Assembly (NCBI RefSeq): GCF_009914755.1
Contig: NC_060933.1
Direction: 5' to 3' (one strand)
Length of the DNA stretch: 64,000 bases
Source: the human T2T-CHM13v2.0 reference genome, Homo sapiens
The translations under genes were made by a program, and so were the position numbers. Below, one piece after another: positions 27,781 to 42,997 of the stretch; within the stretch, counting starts at the first letter, position 1; each line of letters begins with the position of its first letter. The notes below the pieces were generated by a model. It worked only from the letters and a program-made list of their open reading frames with translations. It ran no database searches and was not told the origin of the DNA.

Positions 27781-27930
27781 CCACTTCCAGCCTGATGAAC
27801 CCACCTGAGCCAGCCACAGTGACAGGTGGAGCCTAGATCATTCCAAAGACTCCAAAGATAATGCCAAAGGCTCCACTTCCAGGCCGATGACACCATCTGA
27901 GCCAGCCACAGTGACAGGCAGAGCCTAGAT
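27781..27930. repeat. 58-bp direct repeat with period 92
   Basis: ccacttccag...ctgagccagccacagtgacagg...gagcctagat at 27781-27838 and 27873-27930; the spacer holds ccaaag x3. Confidence 0.9.
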
Positions 27931-30358
27931 AAGTTGGGCCCTTCTGGAGGGTTCTCTCCAGAGGACTGGCAAGCACAGCCAATATTCATCAAAATGCATG
28001 AATCTTCTCTGAACCAGTGACTTCATTTGCTCCAGTGTCCTGCGATTGATTCTTCTGAACTTCTGAGCCCACTCAACCAAGGGCGGCCCAGGGAAGGGCA
28101 TGTATGCAGCCCCCGCGGCTGTCTACTTGGTCCATGTCCAGCCGCAGTGGAAGCGCCTGCCCTGCCCAGCTGCACTGTCTGCCTCTGCTTCTTCCCCACA
28201 AGTTCAAGGTCGGTGTACTCAGGCATCCCTGTCACATCGATGAGCAAACATGGCCCAGCGATTTGTGTTTCTCAGAGCCCTCTCATTCCAAAACAAGTCT
28301 TGATCCAAGGGCACAGCGGTGGCCGGTACTTCCTGAGGGCCTGCCACTGTGGACTCTGCAAGTGTCGTATTTACTAATAATGGTGCACCGCCAGGAGCGT
28401 GCAATGCCATTCAGATTTTACACAAGCAAGGTGCTCAGGCCGCAGGGGAGACGTGACCCCAGGGCGGACCCCTCCCAAGCTTGGTGTGGTGTTCTGCTGG
28501 GCCCCCACCTCCAATTTCCATCTAACAGCTCTGAAATGACTGGACTCTGCATCTGGCCTCACCAGGTGATGCTCAGCTGCCCCAAGATGGAGGTGGGCAC
28601 ACGCTCCATGCCATCTCCCTGACCTCGCAAACCCACCACGGTGCCGGCACAAACCCTTCACAAAGCACTCACCCACTTACCCTTGGGCTGGAAGGAACCA
28701 CAGGCGCCACTGGGACGGCCCATTGGTGACAACCAAACTCAGGTGTTCCTGAGTGTTCCTGAGAACCAGAGTTCTCAGCTACCTACAAACTCACCATTAA
28801 GGGGACTATGCTAGACAACCAACTTTAAACTTGTTACAAATCCCAGAGAGAGAAGCGTGTGCAGGAGACTGGTCTGGTCCCATCTCCGTACTGACAGCTG
28901 GGGGGCGGGAAGGCCCAGCCGGGCCCAGAGCCACCCTGGGAGGCTGAGATGCAGCTCAGAAACCAGGGGTGAAGGGGCTGGAGCAGGCGGGGAGGGAAAG
29001 ACAGGAAGGAGCACCCATGTGGGACCCAGGGTCCCAGACAACCCCAAAGCTTCCTGCAGGTGGGAAAGCTCCGCCACATGCAAGAAACTCCGCAAGAATA
29101 GCACATGAGGGGCTGGGCCTCGTCTGATGCTTGCCTCGGCCCAGAGGCATCTGAGCAGTGGCCACAAAGCCTCCATCCTGGAGGAGGAGTCTCAGAGCCT
29201 ACCGCGTGCCTAACCCTGCCACAGGGAGGTCCTTTATAATTCAGAGGCTAAGTAACCTGCTGAAGGTCACCCAGCTTGAAGGACTCAAACCCATGTCCAT
29301 CTGACGCCACAGTCTGAGCTCTGGCCAGGGTCCAGCTCTAACCTCGTCCCAGACAAGAGGAAGCCCCAGACTTGACAGCACCACACACCTGAGCCTGGGC
29401 CCCGTGTCGGAGTCAGTGAGGCCCACGTGTTTGCGCCTGTGTCTGGGGGGTGCAAATCCCCAATCTCCTACTGGAGACAAGAAAACAAGACGGGCCCAGA
29501 GACAGCACAGAGCCCACTCAGCCCTGCTCCGCGGGGCACCTGCACACATTACACACCCCGCCAAGACCTTCCTCTTCCGCTGGCAACACCCACGTCCAGA
29601 ACAACCCCAGTGGCTGCACACAGGGTCAGAGCTCTGTTACCAGGAGAGCAGGTGAATTCTGCAAGCACAAAAGCCTGTGTTCATAATCCATACTCCAGGG
29701 GTCTGCTGGGCTTACAGGTCCCCTGGCTTGGGGCAGGTGGACAGGAAAAGGTGTGTTCCACTCTTCCAAGATGCACAGGAGGCCCAGGGGCAGAGGCGGC
29801 CCTTCAGGCAGGACTTTCCCAGTCCCATGGGGGAGGGAAGCCAGACAAGGCAGGTGCCAAGCCCCCCCTCCCCACCCCGGGCCCTCCTGCTCTCCCTCAG
29901 CAGTGGTGGTTCCCAGAGGGGTTCCCTGGGGCTCAGCCCAACTCAGAGGAGGGCCCAGACAGCAGGCCCCACGCAGAAATCGCACCTCCTTTGGGGCAGG
30001 GTGAGGTAGGGGCCATCTGCTGGGCCCATTCAGCAGGAAGGGACCTCTTCACCTCCACAGCCCTCAGGGACTCCCCATGGAAACTAATTGCCTCAAAGCA
30101 TAAAACCACCCCAGGATGGGGGTGGGGGAAGGGGCAGTGAGGGCCCCAGACCCCCTTGGATGGGAAACAAAGCTGAACGCAGCTGCTCCAAGCCCACCCA
30201 CCTGCTACTCCAGGGAGCGCATGCCCCAGCAGAAGCTGGATTTTCAGAGGTGTGGACATCTGGCCCCAGGGAATTCACAGGGCCTAAGATCCTGCCCTAA
30301 TTCTAAAAACAGCAATGGCAGCCCCAGGGCCATGGTCGGATCCCACCCTACCCCACCC

Positions 30359-30443
30359 CACAAAATGTAACTTCTTAACCATTTTCAAATGCACAAGTCA
30401 GCAGCACTGAACTCACTCACACTGTGCAGCCATCACCACCGTC
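30359..30443 (-). mobile_element. L1MB 3' end fragment
   Basis: TTAACCATTTTCAAATGCACA...TGTGCAGCCATCACCACC. Confidence 0.65.
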
Positions 30444-30897
30444 ACACACACATTCCCCACGCGCCTCCCTGGGGACACCACGGACTCCACTTACCCCCAG
30501 CAGAGACCCTCCCCAACCCCAGCACCCCAGGGACATCAGAGGCTGAGGGATGAGATCACAGCAGCCAGGACACAGACCAGAGGGATGACGGCCAGCCTGA
30601 CACGGCGATCAGCGAGGCCAGGAACCGCCCCTGCCCCTGCCTCTGCCTCCCATCCCCCGCCCCCCACCCAGGGGCTGCTTTTGCATCTTCAGGGGAGGGA
30701 AGGTAAGGCTCCTGCGTGGCCAGCCTCCTCACCACCAGCCCTGAAGGAAAGACGAGGCGCATTCACAGCGACCCTCTTCCACGTAGAGCAACGCAGCGTC
30801 CACAGAAGGCAGCCACTCCTCTATGCTCCCCACCAGGAACCCCCAGTTCCCAAGCCCGAGCTTAGGCTGAAGGGTAGACCCTGCCCAGGAGCACCCC

Positions 30898-31256
30898 TTG
30901 GATGAGCCTTGAGGGCCTTGTGCTAAGGGAAATAAGCCAGTCACAAAGGACAAATACCACGGGACTCCCTACAGGAGGTCCCCGCAGGACTCTCTTACAT
31001 GAGGCCCCTGGAGCCGGCAGACTCACGCAGACAGCAAGCAGAAGTGGGGAGCCAGGGGCCAGGGGAGGCTGGGGTGAGCGCTGAATGGGGGCAGAGTGTC
31101 CGCCTGGGCGGATGAAGCAGTTCGGGAGACGGACGGTGGTGACGGCTGCACAGCAACGTGAGTGTGTTCAGAGCCACCGACCTGTGCCCTGGAAAATGGT
31201 TAAGAAGCTAAATGCTATGTTCTGTGTATTTTACCACAGTCAATAAAACAAAACAA
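30898..31256 (+). mobile_element. L1MB 3' end fragment
   Basis: GCTAAGGGAAATAAGCCAGTCACAAAGGACAAATAC...GGTGACGGCTGCACAGCAACGTG...TGTGTATTTTACCACA. Confidence 0.85.
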
Positions 31257-33559
31257 AGCAGCAGCTGCATGTGGGGGCCACGCACACCTGGATCTTCCAG
31301 GCCTCCAGCTCTTTTGAACCCAAGGCCAAACACGGACAGGCAGGCCCAGACATGTCTGTCCCTACACCACCGGCCCTGGGTCATGGGGCAGTTTCCATAG
31401 AAACCGCTGTGTCCAGGAGCCACGTCACTCTCACAGATGGACAGACAGACGGATGCAGCTCTGGGAAGGGCTTTTCCAGCTTCCACATCTCCAAGTCTCA
31501 GCCTCATCGTGGACACGATAAGACCAACGTCCCCCAAACAGGGTCAGAGCTAGACAAACACCAGACTCCACCCCAATTAGTATCATGAGCCTGAGCCGAC
31601 TGATCTGTTCCAAAGGGCGTCATCCCAGCGGCTGGCTGCAAGATACTTAACATTTAATTTCTAGGTCCAGGGAGGCTGCCATTAGCAAGATTAATTGTGT
31701 GCACACACAATTTAATTTCCCCCACCTCAGAAACAAAAGTGACACTTACCCCAATTACAGGACGCTGGGCCCTGGCGGACAGCCCGTCATTCGCATTCGC
31801 AAGGAGACGACACGAACAGCATGGAAATGAAGCGCCCCTGCCAGGGGGGCAGGGACACCGCGTCCCCGTCCCTGGGGAAGCCTCACTTCTGAGGAGCTCT
31901 TTGCTGAGATCAAGATGGCCTGAGGCAGGTCCGGCAGGGATCTGGAGCTGAGCTGAAAGGGGTCTCAGTGCTGCCTGCTCTTCCGCCCTCGGGGTGGGAA
32001 ACCGAGGCCCAGCAAACCACAGGCTTGGGGTCGGATACCAGATGACCCCAGACAAGCTGACCCCCAGGTCTTGGCCTGGGTTCCTCGTCCAGGAAACTAG
32101 AGTCATCACAGTGCTCCTCTTACAGCGGGTGCCGAAGGGTGGGGGCTCACAGGCACGAGCCTAGAACATGCCCACGCCTGTGTGGGAGACAGCATGCCCA
32201 CTCTGGGTGCTAGCTGCTGGCTTTCTAGACTGGCCTGACCCCTCCTAAGAGCCTAGGAGTCAAAGGGGTGGGGGAAGGCGGCCACTGGCACAGTGATCTG
32301 CGGTCCTCGGTTCCCTTCTCTCCCCAAGGCCACCCTGAGACCCCTGGAAAGACTAAGGGATGCTTGGGAGGGAAAGGCACTGGGTCCAGGGCCTGGGGGA
32401 GCACATAGCTTGCCTTGGGGCAGGTGTGGGCAGCCCACAGCTCCGCAGCAAGGACCACCCCAGTCCCACACTGCAACTGCACAAATACATTAAGCCAGCC
32501 GGCCCGTCAGCACCTGCTTCCTCAGCGACCGAGTGCGTCATGAAATCCCAGGAAACTCCCCAGGGCACCCAACGAGGCTCGGCTGTTTGTTCATAAGACA
32601 TTTCATTTACACACACACACACAAAATTTTTTTCTTCTCTGTCCCCCGTTAAACCTAATCAGGCTTCCCCGATGTGATGGTGTTTTACTCATGTCTCAAC
32701 TGTTAATGTCGATACAAGGCTGAAGACCCCACAGCTTCCATGAAAAAAGAACTCCAGGCTGGAATATTAGTGTTTCCCATGAATAATACATGACCCCGCA
32801 GGGCCACTCCTGGGATGACTCCACGAATTACTGTCTCTGCAGTGGAAGGACCTGTCATCCTGGCTGGGAAAATTAGCTAGTAACTAACAGGATATGGGCA
32901 CACTCCGGGAGGCTATGGTGCCAGGGTGTGGGATGGTGACTCGCAGGGGCTGAGGCAGGTCCCCAGGCAGGAGTGGCAGCCAGGGCATGGGCAGCACGGA
33001 TCGTGCCAGCCTGGCACATCCACAGGGCACAGAGCCCTCCACACAGCCGAGACTCCAGGGGGTGGAACCAGGGAGCCCAGGCCGGGAGTCTGGGCAGTGG
33101 TTTCTTCCGAGGAGCCAGAACTCGGCTCCACCGCGACCACACGGAGCCTTGCTGCCTGTCACAGAGGGACTGACGGCGCGTCTCACGCAGGCCGTGGGGC
33201 AACCAGGAGGAATCGTGGCTGTGAGTCCAGGAGTGAGCACGGACTGCAGCTTCCCAGCCCCGGACTACATTTCTTCCTTCCAAGAGGTGCAGGAAGAAAC
33301 CACTTGGGAGAGCAGAAATGGGAAAAGTGCCGAGGGTCAAGGGGCCACGGCTCTCCCTAGCTGGAGCAAAGACGACCGCCCCCCACCACCCCCTAGAGTC
33401 CCTCTCCCCTTTGTCCATGAGAGGCAGATGCTTGATGGCTCAGGACTGCCTGCTAAAGACAGCACTCCCCACCCTCCCTTGCAGAAAGGAATGGCCCCAG
33501 AACCACGCTCTGGACACTGTGTAAGAAAGGAAGGGGAGGTGAGGAAGGGTCATGCACTT

Positions 33560-33735
33560 AAAAGGAAACAGCTGCCTCCCCTGCTTCTTTCCTGCTGCAT
33601 GGAACACGGACGAGATGGCAGGAGCTCAGCAGCTACCTTGAAGCACTTAGGTGGAAGCCGCACGCTGGTGACGGCAGAGTGAGATATTCAGCACGCCTGA
33701 GCTGCTTGTGGGGACTATGGCACTGCCTGGGATGT
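33560..33735 (+). mobile_element. MLT1J/K-like LTR fragment
   Basis: GATGGCAGGAGCTCAGCAGCTACCTTG core. Confidence 0.55.
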
Positions 33736-34114
33736 GGGCACTACGGAGGAGCATCTCTCTTGCTACCTCACTGCCAGCCACCCATCCCTGCAAACTGGCA
33801 AGGACCTGCCACCTTTCACACCTGATAAACAAAAATACTTTAAGGTCTTCTAATATCTATTTGGGCATTTTCTGGTCTGAAGTGGGGAAGTTAAATGAAA
33901 TAAGGTAGAGGAGTGAAAAATGTAAAAAAGGCAAAGAAGATTTTCTCTCCAAGGCTCTTGCAAGGGAGCACCAGAGCCCTGCTCAAGGTGCTCAGCAAGC
34001 AGAGGCCCGGGGGACAAGGGTGCAGGGGGCTGCCAGGGCCCGGCACTCACGCCACCCTCAGGAACACAGTCTCCAGCTCCAGCTTCTTCTCCCTCCCTCC
34101 CTCCCACTCTCAGC

Positions 34115-35162
34115 AGGAGGGATGGCGGGGAGGGTGGTGGGGAGGGATGGAGGGAAGGGATGGGGGATGGAGGGGGAGACAGAGGAGAGGAATAGAAGGG
34201 AAGGGATGAAGGGGGAGGGATAAAGGGGAGGGATGGAGGGGGAGGGAAGGGAGATGGAGGGGAGATGGAGGGGGGATGGAGGGGGGACGGAAGGGGAGGG
34301 ATGAAGAGGAGGGATGAAGAGGAGGGATGGAGGGGGAGGGATGAAGGGGGACAGATAGAGGAGAAGGATGGAGGGGAGGCATGGAGGGGGAAGGATGGAG
34401 AGGGATGGAAGGCGAGGTATGGAGGGAAGGGATGGAGGGGAAGGAGGGAAGGGAGGGAGGGGAAAGAAGGAGAGGGATGGAGGGGAGGGAGGGCGGGGGA
34501 TGGGGGAGGGATGGAGGGGGAGTGATAAAGGGGAGGGATGAACAGGGAGGGATGGAGGGGGAGGGATGAAGGGGAGGGATGGGGAGATGAAGCGGGAGGG
34601 ATGAAGAGGAGGAATGGAAGGGGAGGGATGAAGGGGGAGGGATGGAGGGGAGGGATGGAGAGGAGGCATGGAGGAGAGGCAGGGAGGGGGAGCGATGGAG
34701 AGGGATGGAAGGAGAGGTATGGAGGGGAGGGAGGGAGAGGGATGGAGGGGAGGGATGGAGGGGGATGGAGGGAGAGGGATGGAAGGGGATGGAGAGGAGG
34801 GATGGAGGGGAGGCATGGGGATGGAGTTGGGAGAGGTGGGGATAGAGGGCGTGGAGTGAGAATGGAGGAGAGGGGTAAAAGTAGTGGATGAGTGGACCAA
34901 GGCATTCGGGGGAGAGGTGGAGAGAGAGGGAGAGAGGAAAAGGGGATGGAGGAGAGGGACAAAGGACGGGGTGCCAGGGGTGTGGGGAGACGAAAGGGAT
35001 GAAAGAGGTGGGGTGTGGGGAGGAGGGGGAAGGAGAGGGATGGGGGCATTGGGTACGGGGTGGAAGGGACCCAAGGGCGGGGTGGGGGATGATGGAACAG
35101 AGGCCAGTGGTGCAGGGGAGGGGTAGAGGGGGATAAAGGGGAGATGAGGGGAGGGGTGGGGA
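34115..35162. repeat. GA-rich low-complexity/(GGAGGGAT)n-like tract, ~1.05 kb
   Basis: Almost pure purine + strand with recurring gggatggaggggg; explains the spurious 439-aa and 386-aa Pro/Ser ORFs. Confidence 0.97.
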
Positions 35163-36274
35163 TCAGCAAGGGGCCTGCTCAGGTGCCAGTGGGAACAGGT
35201 GTCCCGGGTTGGCTGCATGGGGCTGTGCTGCTAGGAAGTGAGGCCTCCTGGTGCTTCCGCAGGGCTGCAGGGCTTTGTGAGCCAGGAGTGTCCTTTGAAC
35301 ACAAACAAGCCTCTGTTTATTTTGGAAATGTGGGGGCTGAGGAGGTGGGGAGTGAAAGCTGACACTCATTAGAGCACCCTTACCAGTGCATACACCTCTG
35401 TCTATAAGCACACTGGGGAGGAGACAGAATTAAGTCACTTGGCCAAGGTCATCCCAGGGGTCAGCAAAAATCAATCTGCATCAATCCCTGGGCCCCATGC
35501 AGGGCTCGGCCAAAGGGCAGCCGAGCACCTAACCTGCCTGGCCGTCCCTCCTGGGTCTCCGTGCCTGAATCGGGCGTCAGAGTCCAGCAGAGACAACTGT
35601 CCTTCGGCTCCAACAGGGACACAGGGGCACAAGGAGCTCAGGAGGGCAGGGCAGGCTGAGCTGCAGGGCTAGAGGGAGGAGAGGACTCACAGGCCAGAGA
35701 TGCAAGAGGAGGGGCGAATCCGGGCCAGGCTTCAGCTCAGAGGCCATTGCAGACGAGAAAAGCGGACCTGGCCCAGCCTTGGCAATAAAAAGCATTCCAG
35801 GTTCTTGTAAGGGGGAAAGAAAGAGCCAAGCGGTCTCCATCCACGGGGAACTTGCCCGAGCCCACCCCCAGAATTATCATCAGGATGATGTCTCACAAAA
35901 AGACTTCAAAGTGAGACCAGGAACACCATCTTCCTGGTCGTGAGGAGCAGGTTTTGCTGGGCGGTGAGGGGCCCTGGCCCTTAGACACGCAGTAAGGCGG
36001 ACTCAGCTGCCCTTTCTCTCAGAGGACAGCACGGTCCAAGATCTATGGCTCTGAGTCCGATCTGGGCACTTACCAGACAGCCTGAGTCCCACCTCCCGCG
36101 AAGACTCCTCTTGCCACCCTCCCAAATCCACAGGCCTCTAAAGGTGGGAGTCTGACAGCCAGGTGCCTTCAGGCTGTGGAGGGGTCACACAAAGGCCCCA
36201 CAGCTGCAGGGTGGAGGGTGGAGAGGGCTGAAGAGGAAGGGAAGAAGGAGAAAGGGAGGGAGGAAAGAAGGAAG

Positions 36275-36815
36275 GAGGCTCGGGTGGCGAAGGCGGCGGC
36301 AACAGCAGCTGGGCCTCAGCTGGTCCTCGGTCCCACAGTCGGGCAGCGCCACGGTGGGGCAGCGTGGAGGAGGAGGCCCTAGCGACAACTCTGGGGTCCT
36401 CAGGTGGCAAGGGACCTGCCCCGCACGGCCGCCTACCAGGGGCGAGCCCTCCCTCCCCGGCCTTCATAAAAGCAAAATCTAGACAAAGGAGCCAAGATGG
36501 CCGACACCCACTCCGGCCAGCTCCAAAGGTCACCTTCAAGAAACGGAGTTTGCAGGAAGTCAACGGTGCCTGCAGAACAGGGGCGAGCACCCAGCCCAGC
36601 CAAGGCCAGGAGGAGCCCAAGCCTTCCTCCGTCGCCACACGGCAGCTTTCATTGCCTGAACCTCGGAGGGTGGCGGGACGGTGATTCCACCCACAGCCGC
36701 GATGACCGAGGCCCAGCATCGCAGCAAGTGGCAGAGAAGCCAGAGTCCAACTACCGCCCCTGAAACCCACCGCACCTGACCCACACAGCAGCGGCGAGAG
36801 TCGGGCGCCCACGTG
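36275..36815. promoter_or_regulatory. CpG-enriched segment, candidate enhancer or weak promoter
   Basis: Locally high CpG density outside repeats; CATAAAAG at about 36464 and YY1-like CAAGATGGCCG at about 36493. Confidence 0.3.
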
Positions 36816-38349
36816 TACCACACACACAGTTGAATGCTTTACTGGACCTCACGGATCCTCACAGCCCTCTGGAAAGTTCTGTCGTAATCTCCACCTTACA
36901 TCTGCAGAAACTGAGGCTCGGGGAGAAGGAAGACAGTAACGGGCCCAAGGCCACCCCGCCAAGCAGCATGACATCCACCCCACAGCCCATGGCTGAGAAT
37001 CCATCCCCCACTCCCCGCCTCCACTGCCCGTCAGAATTCGGGGAAGCTGCACAGGTGAGACCCTAGAGGTCACCTCGCTGGATCCGCCACAGTACCCACT
37101 GCCACCACCATGTCCGCTCTAAAGTGCACTGTGAGGGATCCAGGGACCGTGGACACACAGGGTTCCACCCTTTCCCAAGGATGGGGGAGCCGGGGCCCGG
37201 CCTGGCCAGGGATGGTGCCGGCCATCAGCACCGGCTGCAGCCAGACCCAGACCTGGTGCAACTGACCCAAGAAGGAGACCTAAGCTCCTTCAACAAAGGC
37301 TGGTGACAGGAGAGGCGGCTGGGTGCATCCATCCACAAAACCAACAGGAACACTGTGGCCACAGGAGCCACAAGGATCACAGGGCCCAATAAAGGTGGAA
37401 ACCGCCTTTACGCCCTCTGAGCCCAAAGGAGAGGCCCCCAGAAACCCCAGAGCTCCCCGGGTGACCCTGCACAAGGCGGCTGTTGGGAAATTTTGCCACA
37501 GTTGCCCTCTGTCCAGGGAGGCATGAGGGCCCAGCAGGGTTCACAGGCTCCCAGGAGGAGGAGGGGCCAGCCCTTTCCCCACCGTCTCAGGCAGATCCTT
37601 AACCCCAAGGGGACCACAAACCCCTCCAGGAATCTAAGGAAGGCTGTGGGCCTCTCCCCAGAACACAGGGCACCCCAAGAGGCTCCAGATCCTGGCGCCC
37701 ACCCTGGACCCCCAGAGAAAGAAGTCCAGACTTGGGGCCCCTGAGGTGAAACAGCAGCCTGTCCCCCAGCAGGGCCTGCCATGACGCTATGACCCCAGGC
37801 AGGGTCCAGAGCTGAGCACTCTGCTAGCCCTCACCGGCCCTAGACCCTGGGGTAAAGGACAGGAGACAGCACAGGCGGAACACAGAGCCCTGGCCATCGG
37901 TGTCACCGCTGTTGACGTGGGAGGCAGGAGGAAGGGCAGGGGTTGATGTTCTGAAGATCGCGTGGGGGGCGTCCGGAGATGGTGTGGGAGAGGGCGGCAA
38001 GAAAGAGGGAGTCAAGCTCCAAGCCGAGGCACCGAGGGCCGCCCGCAGGAGAATGACACCAGCACAAGGGGCAGGGGAGGGGGACAGGGGCTCAACTCCT
38101 ACAGCAAAGAGTCAACAGGTGTTGAAAGCAGGGAATCAAGGGCTGGGCTCTATGGAGATCTCTGAGGGCTCCAAAGGTGACCGCAGGAGAATTAAAGACA
38201 CAGTTATAGGTGCAGCTCCTGGGGGAGGCCTGGCGGGGCTGGGGTCGGGGAGGCAGGAGGCCACCATTCATTTCAAGCCTGTCTGTAACATGACTCTTTC
38301 TGCCGTGCGCATCTATAATTACCCTGCAAAAATAAAAAATAAAAATGTA

Positions 38350-38770
38350 AATGAGCAACTCAAATGTCCGTCAACAGATGAATGGGCAAACAAATTGCGG
38401 TGGAGCCACTATGGACTATCACGCCGACGTGAAAAGGAGAGAAGCTCTGATTCTCACCGCAACGTGCCAGCGGGTGCCAGCCAGGCACAGGGACAATCTA
38501 TTGTGACATTCCATTTATAGGAAGTTTCCAGACCAGGCAAATCCACAGCAATTTGAATTAGTGGCTGCCAGGGGCTGGGGAAAGTTGGGGGGGATGAGGA
38601 GTTACTGCTAATGGGTTGGGGTTTCTTTTTGGGGGTAATGAAAGCGTTTTAAAATTAGTGGTGGATACATGGCCTTGTGAATACACTGAAAACCCCTGCA
38701 CTGCACACTTCAAACGGGCGAACCCCATGGTGTGTCAACTGCATCTCAACAATGCTGCTACTTTAAAAAG
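38350..38770 (+). mobile_element. L1MB (L1MB8-like) 3' fragment
   Basis: CAAATGTCCGTCAACAGATGAATGG...GGCAAATCCA...TTAGTGGCTGCCAGGGGCTGGGG...ACTGCTAATGGG. Confidence 0.85.
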
Positions 38771-38848
38771 AGCAAGAACATCAGCTTTCTACACACTGGC
38801 AAAAAACTGTCTTGTAAGGCCAGAGTTGTCTGGTTCTCGGCCTTCTTA

Positions 38849-39277
<429 letters not shown>

Positions 39278-39523
39278 TCATTGGCTCCACTATGCGAAAC
39301 TTTCAAACTGTTGTTCAGGTCACTCTCAGAGGGCAGTTGCTCATTTCATTGGATCCGAGCGCCACTTCATTCACATAAGCAACACTGTAATTCCATTCTG
39401 GTTTGATTTCAGAAATTCTACCAGCTGTGTCTAGAATTGTGTTTACGAAGAAAAGTTGATATTAATATAAATGACATTTTCTTTTCTTGTCTTTTGCTTA
39501 AGAAACTTCAAAAAAAAATCCAA

Positions 39524-39892
<369 letters not shown>

Positions 39893-41012
39893 TTATTGCT
39901 GAAGGACGCGGGAAAATGAGCTGACACTCGGGAAGAAAGCCTCTCCTTTGAGCAGCAGCAAGAGACTAAGTCCCCCTCCTTCCGCCCAAGTGGCAGAGGC
40001 GTCCAGGCGGGTGCCAGCCTCAGCCTCTCACTGGGTCAGGAGCCCAGCGCAGGGCACACCCAGGTAGGGAGCCTCACATCTGGGCTCACACCCACAGCCC
40101 TGCTCTGCCCCTCTGTAACCCACCATCTGGCCCATCCCTCAAGACATCTTCCACCCCTACCTCCCATTCATCACCTGTTACCCAGATGGCTGGGCTGTGT
40201 CTCCTTGAACGAAACTGGGTCCCAGGAGGGTGAGGTCCTTCCTGTCTCCCCCAGCCCAGAGCTGAGCCCAGCTTCATCCATGGTGGTCAAGCCAGAGAGC
40301 TCTGCTGTCTCCCCACCTCCGCAGCAACACAGGCCCCCCTCTGGGTGGCCAAAAGGTGTGGCTCTAAGCCCTCCATTTCCAGATCGTCCATGATTGCTCT
40401 TCTATGCCTCGTTTAGTGAAGGCCAAATATGGAATTTCCAAGTCGCCTAAGGTCAAGATAATGCCAGACCATGACCATGCAGATGCCTGAAATGTCTGTA
40501 TTTAATTAACGCTGGAGGCAAAAAGGTCACTGGTATTAATGGAGTGAAGAAAAAACAACCCGCCCCCAGGCCTCCAGAATGTCTCCCTGCCAGGGAGACA
40601 GCAGCCTCTGCCAATTAAAACTCCTCTTCAGAAGCGTCCAGCACCCACCAACTTCAGAAAACCTGTGAAGGCAGAGACAGGCAGCTGGCTTGCTGGTGGT
40701 TGGAAGGGGCCCAGCAGGGCTTAGGGACACTCTGCCCAGACAGACCACGCAAAGCCTCCTACCAGGGAAGGCCACGATCACTTCCCCCTTTGAAAATCCC
40801 AAGCTCTTCCAACATCCGGGTACCCTGAGGCTGGGAGGGACCTCGGAGATGGGCCTGCCCCGGGCTGCAAAGCACAGAGAAGGAAACTGAGGCCGGGCGG
40901 ACACAGGCTGATCTAGTGTCACCGGCAGCCGACAGGGTGGCCAGAGGGGCTCCAAGGCTGAGTCCAGCGCTTTCTCCACAACGCCAGACCCTCAACAGAA
41001 AGAGACTTTTTA

Positions 41013-41324
41013 GGGCGGATGTGGTGGTTCACACCTGTAATCCCAGCACTTTGGGAGGCTGAGGTGGGCGGATCACCTGACATCAGGAGTTCAAGACCAG
41101 CCTGGCCAACATGGCAAAACCTTGTCTCTACTAAAAAAAAAAAAACAAAAATCAGCCAGGCGTGGTGGCAGGTGCCTGTAATCCCACCTACTCAGGAGGC
41201 TGAAGCAGGAGAATCACTTGAACCCAGAAGGCAGAGATTGCAGTGAGCCGAGATCGTGCCACTGTACTCCAGCCTGGGCGACACAGCGAGACTCTGCCTC
41301 AAAAAAATAAAAAATAAATAAAAA
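41013..41324 (+). mobile_element. AluSx-like
   Basis: Full dimer with GATCACCTGA. Confidence 0.93.
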
Positions 41325-41370
41325 GATCCTTTTTAATCCCCTCAACTGGTATTTAAAATCATCAGTTGAA

Positions 41371-41966
<596 letters not shown>

Positions 41967-42104
41967 ACTCCTCAGGCCGGGTGCAGTGGTTCATACCTGT
42001 AACCCCAGAATTTTGGGAGGCCGAGGTGAGTGGATCACTCGAGCCCAGGAGTTTGAGACCAGTCTTGGCAACATAGTGAGACCCCAACTCTACCAAAAAT
42101 TTAA

Positions 42105-42422
<318 letters not shown>

Positions 42423-42440
42423 TAAAAATTAGCTGGGTGT

Positions 42441-42951
<511 letters not shown>

Positions 42952-42997
42952 TTAGGAACATTTCATGAAAAAAGCCACTCCTGAGGCCCCCTGGTAA

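Noticed and set aside
33850-35218. 439-aa and 386-aa Pro-rich ORFs
   Set aside because: They translate the polypyrimidine strand of a low-complexity tract.
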